Assembly: GCA_023231475.1 (NCBI GenBank)
Contig: JALJEE010002086.1
Coordinates: 62,001-115,995 of the forward strand
Length of the DNA stretch: 53,995 nucleotides
Direction: 5' to 3'
Origin: Seison nebaliae
Lineage: Eukaryota
Both the position numbers and the translations under genes were made by a program. Every line of letters begins with the position of its first letter. The stretch's first letter is position 1. Shown here piece after piece: positions 37,991-50,377 of this stretch. The notes beneath the pieces were generated by a model, which had not been told where the DNA came from, ran no database searches, and was given only the letters and a program-made list of their open reading frames with translations.

Positions 37991-39850
37991 GTTTTCCCAC
38001 TTCTCTGCTTACTGACAATGATTCTTCAACTACGAAAGCTCTCTTACCCAAGACGAGGAAGAACCGAAATAGTAATAGTAGGAAGCAAAAATTATCACTG
38101 CAAACTCGCTCTTCATCTCAACGTCCTCCAGCTCCTCTCTCTTTCGAGTCCAGCTCAGTCCCATTCGAAATATCAAACCACCTGGTCTTCCTCCAATTAT
38201 TAGGAATTCATCAGAAGTTATTGACGGAACGGCAATCGTCCCAAAGAAGCGGTCAGTTATTGTCCGTGACTTTGCAGAAACGTTTCCATTGTATCAAGAG
38301 TATATTTTTAAATCTTGAACATTTTCTTTCAATTATCACCTTTTTTGAAAAAAAAAGAAAACAACTGTCCGCTATATAATTAATATCGTTTATTTGTTTA
38401 TAGCTGTAAAAAAAAGGGGGAAAAATTCTTATGTTTCATTATTTATAAAAAAGGATGAATAAGTTCCTAGACGGGGGAAAGAAGTGCAATAACCATCGTG
38501 CTGTTTTCCACTTCTAATCAAACTCTATTGGATGTGTTATCATTCACCAATAAAACATTTGGTAACTTACGTATATCGGTGAATCAGTAGAAGAACATAA
38601 CTTAATTATACCTAACACAGTATGTAGTCGAATTTCTAATCTTTCAATCAAATTGTCTCCGTCTACTCGATTTCTTGGTGTCTACCTGTCTATAATCTAT
38701 TTATTCATCATGTTAGTCCAGTCACTATTCGGACTCGATTCCACTATTGTCGCTTCATCGAACTCTTTCCTAGCGATGGACAGATGTTTTTCTAGGACCT
38801 TTCGTCGCCTCGTTGGTTGCTTTCGTCACTGTAATAGAGCGTTCTTCTTTTCTCTTGTGGATTTGGTTCCTTTTTCGATCATATTTGCAAAGATAATCTT
38901 AGGAATTTTAGATAGAGTTTCAGCTTATCCTTCGTTTCAAGGGAAGGATTCGTTAATCGTTGAAATGCTTGAATCTGACAGATTCTCATGCATCTCTCAG
39001 GAAATGCAGACGGTCTTCACCTACTTCTCCTGAATTTAGGAATTTTATTTACAATTTTTCACCAATCAATCACCTTCTCCCATTAAACATTCTTCCTCAT
39101 TTTTCCAATGCTCGAAATATGCTCGCTGAGTTATCACAGTTTCTGAACGGGAACATTTTGTACGATTATTAGAATACTCTAATATTTCGTCATGAGTGTT
39201 CGTGAGATAGCATTTCTTTTCTCTCTTTCTCTTTTTTTAATTTATCTAAAGTTAAGTATTTATCTTAAAGTAAGTTTTTTTTTTAATTTTGTTCTTTCGT
39301 TTAACTTATTTTATATTTTATCCCTCATGTGAATTTTCCTTCACTATTTGTGAATAATAAATAATAATAATATATTGTTTCTACCTGTTCGTGTTTATAG
39401 AATATTATATAGAAAGTTACTAAATTATACTAAAAATTTATTCGGATTGTGATAAATTTGAGGAAAAAAAATATTATACAAAAACCGGTAATAGGTTCCA
39501 ATATTGAAAAGTAGTTGTTCGAGAAAATTTGATGTTTAATGACGAATGGAATGATTATCAAGATATTGTGGGTAATTGGTTAAATGCATCGATTTGAGTA
39601 TTATAATCAAATTTCTTCATCTCCTATTCCAGAAAAATGTATTTCATTAACGGTTTTATTCCAAGTTTCATTCGTTGTAGAACTTCAAATCAGGTAATTA
39701 GTATTGAAATGAATGATTTCAAATAATATACTTTGGCATTATTTTCCCCATTCGTTTAACCGGATAAGCATCACTTATGTAGATTGTGATATGAATTATA
39801 ACTGATATAATATATCTCTGTCGCCAATATTTCCCATTTTGTATAGTCAT

Positions 39851-42800
39851 TTATTTTTGCATTTTCATACAACAAATCGTCAATCGGTATCGTAAATAAT
39901 AAAATTCTATTTTGATAATTTCGATAAGGTTCATGTAGAACCATTTATTGCAGAAAGCATAGATAATTGGATTAGCAACATTATTGATGAAATAGACATG
40001 ATAAAGGATGGGTGAATATCGAATCATTTTCAATATGATCATATAAACTGGTAAATAAGAAAGGAAGAAAGTAAATGCCACAATCGAAAGGACAATGGCC
40101 GCCTGTAAATTGGCATTTCTCGTCCGTTTTCGCTTCTTCCGATTTCGTCGAAAGAATTTCAAATAATTCTTTTTCGATCCCTCCTTTCTCGTTGGTAACG
40201 ACGACTCTCCACTCTCCACTTTAAATGTAGATGATAATTTTGTGGATGTGATTTCGTTTTTGGAGAAGGTTTGTATTGGAATTTTCTGAACTTCGATAGG
40301 TTTTTCGCTCACCGATTCGTCTACTGGTTCTACAGATATGTCGTTTGATTTTTCCTGTATACTTATCGGATTTGAATTGCTTCTCACAGAATTGAGTTCG
40401 AGTTGATTTGAAAATGATTCTGCTTTTTCTTTGTCACCTTTCAAATTATTGACCGATTGTGAGATGAGTAATGACGAGACATCGCTTTTATTCGATTTCT
40501 CACAATGAACGTCACGTTTGACCGATAATTGAATGAGACGTTCTTTCTGACCGAAAGTGGCGTATGGAAGAAGTAGAGGATTTTGACAGTGTTGTCTAGA
40601 AATCGGATAATCGAAATGACTGGAAATATAACCGATATGCTTCTCTCGAAAATGTAAACAATTCGTGCGATACGGACGATTATTTCCCAAATGATTGTTC
40701 ATTGTCAGTATGGTATTCGTAGCTGTTGTTATCATTTGTTTCTTATCAACTGAGTTCTTTTGTTGGGAAAAAAGAGAATTTTTGTTGTTTGCACAATAAT
40801 TTGAGGTAAGATTCTCTTCGAAACATTTCTCAGTTTTTTCATCATTTGTCGTTTGGTCGTTACTGTTGGATGATGAAATTGTTAAATTTGGTGGTAACGG
40901 TGCATTTGGAAATGAAATATTCTTATCTGATGGCAATTTCATTTCCTGATTATCGTTGTTATTTTGGTTAGAATAGATTTTAGACTTAACATCAAAATCA
41001 TGAACGTTGTCGACGGAATTCGTCAACTTTTTTTCAGAGACAACTGGCATCGCAGATGAATGTTGGGAATGACTACGGAAATGTTTTAGATTATCTCTCA
41101 CAATACGTTTAGAAGCTAATCTTTGTAGAAAGAAAGATCTTCTAATTTTCTGTTTATCATTTCTTTTCGATTGACCGTTCGACATATGGTTCGATGAATA
41201 TTTCTTCGATTTCTTTTGTTTCAATTTATTCTTCTTTCTCATTCGAAGTTGAACGGAAATATAGAGAATGACATATAATACGACCATAATACAAAAACAA
41301 AATCCGATAACTGACAAATAGAAGACTTGATACTTTGCTAAGAAATATCTGGAGATGAATCGAGTGGAGGCACGACAAGCGCCGGTTAATCGTCGTCGTT
41401 CGAAGTAATAGATTCGATAATAATTCGTTTCATAAATATCTAACAATTTCGGTTCATGTAACGTCGAATTACAACTGAGTGTTGACAATATTTGACGATA
41501 TAGCTGATAAGGTAAAATATCGGTGACAGTCAAGGGAATTTGCAAACGACTTCGAATATAATCGATTAATTCATTGAGATCATTCTGGAGATGCCATGGC
41601 AATTTGAGAATATTTGATTTATTCGTTTCATTAATGTTTTGGAGGAAGTTCGTTATTCGAAAATCATTCGTTCGAGAAAATAAATTTTGGAATAAAGACG
41701 TGTCATTCAATTGCTGGAAGATGTTCGATGACGAATCTTTCGACCAAAAATATTTATTATCCAACGCAAAATGTTGCGCGGGAATATCTTTACTGAATGT
41801 TTCCTTATCATGTAAATTGATGGAATCTATTTCGATTTTTGTATTTTGTCCGTTTCTTAAGATCGAATTCGAAAATGGAACTGGAGTGTTCAATTCATTT
41901 AAACCATCGAAGAATTGTGGGAATGATGGAATTGAGGACGAAGTTTTTAGTCTTAACTGATCCATTAAATATTTGGTTTGAATAAACTTCGCTTTCTGCA
42001 TTTCGACCGGTTGGTGGAAAATGTCATTGGAAGGGTCGGTTAAATTTATACATTTATCCATTTTCATCGTTGATGGTTTCTGATTGTTAATTGTTGGGGT
42101 AAGTATCATTGAGAAATTTTCGTTCATAAACAATTCATTCGAATTGAATGACAATGATGGTAAATTGGAAGAAGATGAAATGTTTTCCAGATTCGGTAAA
42201 TTCCCCAGATTGTTCGATGGGAATTTACTGAAAAATAAGTCGAAATTTGAAGAATTGAATTTAGTCAATGCGTCCTTTAAAGAATCATTATTTGGAAAGA
42301 ATAATCCATTATCAGCTTTTGGTAAATCACTTACTCCACTTTTCAAATAACTTTTCGTTCGAATTAAACGTTTCGGTTGAATGAGTAATTCGAACATTTC
42401 CTGCGTGGTCGAATAAGCGAGCATAGGAACTATGCCAGTCAATAATCCAGCTAGATATAGAATAATAATAATTTTTTTCGCTCTTTTATAATTGACGATG
42501 GTCTTCAATGGAAACACGACAGAGAAGAAGCGATCGAACGCAATGGCACTCATGAGAAAACATGAAATTGGAATATTGGAAGTGGATAGATATTGGAATA
42601 ACTTACAAATCTCGTCATGTTGAGTAAAGAAACTTAAGTATTCCATGTAAATATTGAGTGGCATCGAAACGATGCAAACGAAAAAATCAGCTATTGCCAA
42701 AACGAGAATGAAGAGTCCATAAGTTGAATTTAACTCACGTTTCGTTGCCAATAAAGATGCTTTTCTGTCAGTCGTCCCTTTCAGAACTCGTTCAATCCAA

Positions 42801-45800
42801 CAACTTTCCTTCTTGTAATTACGTTCCTTCTTCTTCTTCGTTTCATATTCTTCGTCATTCAACTTCCTTGAATGATATCGTTCATTATTTACGATAATTT
42901 GTCTAGAAATCGAATTGACATTCTTTTCAATTTGTTTCCTCCTTTTCAAACCAACGCCACTATAAATATAGATAACGAGGAAGTTGCCAATTGTTCCAAT
43001 AATGCTTAAGCACACAAGCAATATAGCAAAATAAGTGAAATTCGCATTCTTTTCCATTACCTTCTTACGAACGTCATACTAGAAGTAAAAGAATAAATCA
43101 ATAAAACCATATTCCGATTTTATAGAATTAAAATTTCCCATTTAATTTCAAAAAGTCTTAAAACTACGATGTATCATCAGAATAATTTAAAGGATTAGTT
43201 TGGGAGACTATGTGGATTTAAGGGAAGAACAATAAATTTTAAAATGAGGAAAAGTTACTTAAAATCGGGGAAATCGGAACAAAGCGAACGGTGAACGCTT
43301 ACGGAAATTTCCGTTAATCTTTTTAGCATTTTTTATAAAAATAAATTTCTTTCCAGTCTTTTCATCATATATTCCATTACTAGTTTTTTTTGTTTATCGT
43401 TATAATCATAAATTCAATAAACTTCTTTAAGTGAATATTATTATAATTTAATTGATGTAAGCACCTTCATTTCCATTCTTATGGAGAGTATTAAAAGAAA
43501 CACAATAAAAAATAATCTTGAGTGGGTTCAAATGTATTGAGAGTGTGGCACAAGAACAGAATATAAATAAGCAATCTGGTTTGATCGTATCAATGCCTCT
43601 TATTAAGGTAAGTGCGCACGGGATGACGTGAGAGAAAATGTAGAAATAGAAGAATAAGAAGTGCTTCTCACAAATTGATGTGAGACTGTTGAAGAAGAAA
43701 TACGAATAAGAAAAAAGAACTTTCGTTGAATATTTTCAATAAAATTTCGGAGAAGAAAAGAAGACAAAAAAAATCCATAAATATTGAAAGTATTCTTCCC
43801 ATACAAGCGTAACTATCATTTTCATATGGAGAAATTCTTCTAATTATTTTCCATTTATTTACCGCTCAATGGTGTGGGGGTTCAATGGTGTTAAACACTT
43901 CGTGGACCGGACCGACTCCATATTTGTACCTACTCTTATTTTTCTTTGTTGCGGACATTTCACGTCGTTCCATTAATATCTCTATGGTTATTATATACTA
44001 TATCTGGAAATGTTACTACTACCATTCTTCATTATTTGAGATATAACAATTTAAAAAAAAATTGTTTTTAAGTATGACATTCGTATTTCTCATACGGAGA
44101 GTAGAAGAATTGAGGGTAGGTGAAGTTTGAGGTTGAAAATTATTGACGTAAAATTAGAAGGAAATTGTCATGATCGACAAAATTATGACAGGACGTTCGT
44201 CTGACTGAGGGATTAATTATATCTCAAAAAGATTCTTCAAGATATTATGCACAAATCATACATTGTTGGAATATTTATTAAAAAGAATGGTTTCTTTCAT
44301 TTTAAGTCCAACTCTCGACATATAAGGACATACTTCGAAGATATGAATCATCTGCCAAGAAAAGAATTAATTGAACGATAGAGCTTTCGTCAGACTCAAC
44401 TGGTGAACGAACAACCAATTAACCGAAATACTATAATGAATAGTAGTAGACTTCTTTCTTAGAATAGACGAAAATGAGAAGAAGTTGCTGATGTAGAGGA
44501 ATGGATATGGATGAATGGGAATTGCTCATTTAAAATATTAAGGAAAAGGAAATTATTTTTAAATTACGTAAATGTTGAATTCAGAGGGAGACTTAATAAT
44601 AATTGTAATTCGTATCGTTAGAATTAAATGAAATTGAAGTTAATTGAATAAGTTACAACAATAATATATTTCTCCAATTTATGCCAATAAATTTCACTCA
44701 AAGAGTGAATGAGTAGAGCATTAACTAATTTTGTTAGAGGAGCTGTCAAAGACAATAATCGTGACTTATCCCATAAAATACTTTAACTTCGCTAATGCTT
44801 ACAATAAAGAACATGAAGATTTCTCTTTATTTTCTCCCGCTCATTCGACCAACTCTTGTAAGTTAAAAGACGTTTCCCATTGGGAATGATGTTACTTTTT
44901 TATATTTTCCAATCATGTAATAGATAGATTCAATCACCTATTATTCCTCTATTTTAGTCGATTGTGTTCATGATTGGTATACGATTCGATCGAGCATTCA
45001 TTAGAAATAAATTTCATTAAAAAAAGATTTTGTCATATTATTGTCAGGAACAGTAAGGATAGAATTATGATATACTATGAAAAAGTTATTCCGTTCGGAA
45101 AAGAGTGGCAGAAAATACTATTTTACATAATTCTACTTATCTGACATGCAACCATTTCCTACAGTCAAACAGGAATATCAAAATTATAATTTTATCAATT
45201 CTTTTCCTGTCAACTTGGGAGGAATAGGAGAAGAAACGAGTGAGAATTATCAAATTGGAATTGGATCGTTTCCAATTGAATGAAAGTGAAGCGGTTTACC
45301 AAAGTGATAATAAATATTCCCGATTAAAATTCAATTTAAAAAGTGTTTAGATGAGAAATTTGTGTTTAGGGTAACGGAGCCGCTGGAGAGATGAACGAGG
45401 AGGTTGTTCTGACGAACAAAGTAGTGATGGGCAGTTTGATCATACAGGTCGTTTGACGAATACGTTTCATTGCGAATCGTATTAAAAATAATTTAAAAAA
45501 TAAAAATGAATAAGGCTTTAAAAAATGGTTGACTGATGTAATTAGTGGAGTGGAAGCAAATAGAAAACATGTTCTCTAATACGGTTATTCATCGATGATA
45601 GAGCATCTCTCATTATTTCGCTCAGTGGCCTTATTATGTTTGGAATGAATCTCATTGGAAATAATTCTCTCAAAAATATTAATAATATCTTTAGAAGACA
45701 TATTATTGCATTCGATTTTGGTATAAAAGAATTTTTAATTCCTTGCGAAAATCATTTTCCTAGATGATTTTCATAAATCTATAATTATGATAATACTGGA

Positions 45801-46480
45801 AGATAAAACAAAAAAGGATAATTGATAATGACAATCTCATGAAGAGCTTTTCTAATTCAAAGAAAATCATCTCAATAATCTATTTATTGTCCAGAACACC
45901 ATATCAGGTAAATTTCGTCTAACATTTGTCTGTGTTCGTGCTCATCGCGAAGAGACAGTAACCCTAAATTCTCCCTAAATTATTCTCCCTAATATCCGAC
46001 TAATTTTTATTGTCGGAGCATGAATCAAATCTTCTCCCCACACAATCACATTCTTCCTCAACTAACCTCGTTATATGTAGCGATGGTGACGAAGATGTTC
46101 GAATCCGGTTGTGCTTGGAAGTAGATATCGTTGTTCAAAACCATCCATTCAGACATTCTCATTGATACATTATTATTTGCTGCGACAGATTCCGTGTTGT
46201 GATCATCAGTTGATTGCATGTGCGTTGGAAGATATTGTCGAAATGGATTTCGATGATTACTAAAAAAATCAATCGCAGTTGCAGCAGCAGTATTGACATA
46301 AAAATTCTTATCTGTATTAGAAGATATGATATTGTGAGCTGATTGATCTGCTGACGATATTTGTAATGATGTTGATGGTGATCCCACCTCGATTGCATAA
46401 TTACAAGAAAAATTCGTCAATTCATGCCCATAGATGTTAAGGTTGGGTAATATGTTATTGTTACAACTATCCATATTCAT
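39851..46480 (-). CDS. Rhodopsin-class (family A) GPCR, peptide-receptor-like, ~1210 aa; exons 46480-46067 and 43078-39851
   Basis: Seven TM segments with GN (TM1), LAIAD (TM2), Cys and DRF (TM3), SYLP (TM6) and NPIIY (TM7). ORF 46058-46510 ends at GAG|gttagt and joins in phase 0 to ctag|TATGACGTT at 43078, supplying an Asn-rich N-terminal ectodomain. The first exon is less certain than the 7TM exon. Confidence 0.88.
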
Positions 46481-49400
46481 CTGATCAAAGTTGATATGAT
46501 ACAATTTCAAATTATTATATATTTTCGATATACCGATTATCGTTATATATATATCAAAAGTAAATAGATGTCAATTGCACAACTTTTATTTCTTTATTTT
46601 GCTTCAGATAAGTTTTGTTATTATCATTCTCGTTTGGACTATATCGTCACTCTTGTTGTGGCTCTTGTTATTAGTTGTCATTGAAGAGAATGAACATTTT
46701 TACAACTTCCACCAACATACTCATTCACGAAACTTTCTCCTTTCTATAATGTTTTATAGTTCAACAAAAAAATATTCTGTGACGAAAAACAAGATAAAAA
46801 AGAAATTAATTACTAAGCAATTCTTCATATTTTCCAACAACAATTAATGTTGTTATTGAGGTTAGACACAAGAAGAAATGTTTGAATTTGCAAAACAGGA
46901 AGAGAATTCATCAATAGATTAATAGCAAATCGATGAATTAGTTCTTAATTCTTATTAGTTAATTAATTCTTTTTACAAAACAATTTAAAATAATCTTTTT
47001 AAGGATCATAAATGAAATTTGAGGAATATGAATAAAAGAATGGAATTGTAAAAAAGTCAGAAAAATATTATTGTATTCACCGTTTGATTCAATAGAATAT
47101 ATACATAGATATATTCTAGAAAGGAAAGATTTATGTTGGAATACTTCGCAATTTTGTTTTGTTATCTCTAATTTGAAGAAGAAGGAAAGGTAAGATTGAC
47201 AGGAATGATAATGTAGATTGACTTAATATAGATGGGTAGATTCATATGGAGAACAATTAGGAATGAATCAGAATAAATAAACATTATCGAAATTTCCTAT
47301 TTTAACAAAGAGAATTGATTGATCAACAGGATATTCCATCCGAACAAATTCCATTTTCTCCGTACCATTTCTCGGAGAAACGGTAATCTCACAAATTCTG
47401 TCGTATCACCAAATTCCTTTATGTTTGTTGCTTCTTGATCGAGAGGAAATCGATGAATAAAACAGACGAAGTTTTCTCCAAGAATTGTTAACATCCAATA
47501 TTGGACGAATTGTTCCATTTCAACTTATATAATATATCTATTATTTATTTCTTGGCAAAATTGGCATTAATCGAACTTAAAAAGGAGAACAATATTTCAT
47601 TAATGAATAAAGATCATAAAATTGTTGCTTAGTTTGAAAGAAATTAAAAAATTCTTTTCTTCTTCTTCTTCTCTATAAAAGCAAATTCGTGCTAACTGAT
47701 TCAAACAACTTCCCGTAGCCTTCCCAACAACCATTATCACGAAAGTGCTATTCAATTTTACAATTTACTTTAGGGAATAATGAACGACAACTTCGAACAA
47801 CCAAATCCTCATATATATGACACATCTCTCCAGATTCCTGATTAAGCAGCAGAAAATGGTTATCCCCCACAATTTCATTTTGATCTGTTATTAATCTTTC
47901 CATCTCATCATCATTCCGCCCACCATCTATGTGTATTTGTGATAATTAAGAAAGTTTACCGAGCGAATTCTTTGTCCGATAATTTGAAACGGTAATGACT
48001 ATAGTTGACCCTTACAAAAAATTTTGGGGTCGGTTTCTTTTCCATAGAATTACTTTCCCTAATTAAAATTTTTTCAATTTCTTAATTTACTTTGTTATTC
48101 GTCTCCCTCTCGTCCATTCCATATCATTAACATGCAGATTTTCCTAATTTTTTTTTTCACGAAATTTTCCGATTTGAGACCTATAAGGATCAGGTTGCTC
48201 TAACTTTTTTTTTGTCTGTCCATACTACGATAATTCAATATCTACCGAATTTTCTACCGAATAGAGGCATAAAAGAAGAAAGGAAATAGTGAGAGCATGA
48301 ATGGGCATGTCACATATGAAAGATTTGATGGAGATGAGTACAATTATTATGTATATGATTATCGAACGTGAAAGCAAATGAATGAGAAAATTATTAAGAC
48401 TGTTGGTAGGTTAGTTCATGTGTTGGTTGTGTTGAGTTTCTTGTGTGTGTATGTGAGAGAAGAAAATAATGAAAATTTCGTTCATCTGAATAAACATAAT
48501 TCTTAACGATTCTTTCGATTGAAATGAATCTTTTGACTTATTTCAATACGAAACCCAAAAGATAAACAGAACATATATTTATGCACATTCCAACATATGA
48601 ACGATGAGCCAGTAGCACCTTTGCTGTTGGGTAATAATTAAATTTTATTGCTAAATAATTTTCACATCTTCCGATTGAGAAACACTTCTTCTTCGCGGAG
48701 CACCCACATTCTCACACTGTCAGCTCATTCGAACATGAATTACTTAAGTTTAAGATGAGTGATAAGCAGGCGCCACTTATTCGGGTTAGGAGTAACAAGA
48801 AGATTAATCTTTCTCACATTTTTCGGCGAAGATTTTTAAAAATATTCTTCGTTAAATACTTCTCATACATTTCTCGCGTCAACATCCAATTCAACCGGAA
48901 ATGCACAAAGTGAATATGGATTAGTGACTTTGTTCTCGTCAGTCTCGTTATATATTGACGTTGCGACAAAATAAATATGATTAAGATGTATCACTTTTAA
49001 TGGAAAGGATTCCTTCCAACATATTCTTCCAACTAGTTAGGAATTACAAGTAAATAAACAAACGAACACCAATAAATTTCATAGGAATTTCTCGGATGAC
49101 GATCATCCAACCCACTTACACAACAGAACAATTTAATTAACTGCAAGAAACATGATTCCATAAAACGAATTTTATGTTACTTTAATATACCTACTAAAAT
49201 TCGAGGGGAAACTTATTTGTCAAATCTGACTAGAAGAATAACTCATCTTATTTCAGGTTCTTAATGAACAGTCATGAGCACATCTTCCTAAGTTCCATCA
49301 ATCAAACATCTTTCCTCCTTTAAACTTTCTTATATCTCAGCGATTACTTCAAGACTCTTCTCCGACAAAATTTAAAATAAACATTATGGATTTAGTTTTA

Positions 49401-49856
49401 AGATTCTCTTTTAAGTTTTAACACTCTCGATTTTTTTTGAAATCAATGAAAAACTAAAACGACATTTGGAAGGAAAGAAAAATTTATGAATTTCAATTAT
49501 CTCAAAATTAATTGACTCAGACAATTCCATCAATAATTTATGGTGCCTTAATTGAAGCATACTAGAAATGAGGCATAAAATTTTGCATTTTCGTCGAAAA
49601 TTAAATTAATTAAACTTCTGCTGAAATTTTTTTCTTTAGTGTTTCTGTCATATCCGATATTTATTTGGAAAATTGGAAAAAAATTCCAACTATCGATTTT
49701 GCCAAATGTATTGTCCGGAATCGCTTCCAAGTTCATTCTGCTCTCAAAATTTTCATGCAGATTTTTGGTTAAAAAAATTAATGAAAAGTGCAAAACTTCG
49801 ATAATTACTTCAAATTGGGCATTCTTATCATAGAAGTCTGGGCGTTTCCTAAGAAA

Positions 49857-50377
49857 GGAGGACGAACAATTCGGAAACTTGGTAATTTGGACACTGGACA
49901 ATTTGGAGACCATTTTCAATTCAAACCGAGTAACTGATGTAAATATACCAAGAGAACAATGTAATTAATACTGTTAATCAGTAATAGAATATTTCCACCA
50001 CCAGCAAAAAATTATTACCTGATATAATTTGGAAGAATTTGTATGAAGATAACGATTAATAATTCTATAATGTACATTTAGGATAATAGTTTTTTCTCGT
50101 TATACACTTTACAGTGTAAACTTTGTATAGGAAATTTAAGAATTATTTTTTTCATCATTCTTTATTATTTATTACCAATAAATTGATAGATAATTATAAT
50201 TTTATATGATGATACTGATATGGTTGTTGGTAAATATTATATTCATTATATAAGCAGAGCAATTTACATTAAGTCTTATATGTATAAGATTGAAAATGGC
50301 CTCCAAATTGTTTAGTATCCCAATTATCAAGTTTCCAATTTGGAAAATTGTCTAGTTTCCGAATTGTTCGTCCTTCG
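49857..50377. mobile_element. ~520-bp MITE with TIRs built from ~15-bp subrepeats (Mutator-like)
   Basis: ggacgaacaattcggaaact...ggagaccattttcaat (49860-49920) is inverted at 50289-50373. It shares the acaattcggaaac subrepeat with the 13314 element. The possible TSD is degenerate (cctaagaaa / ccaaacaaa). Confidence 0.7.
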
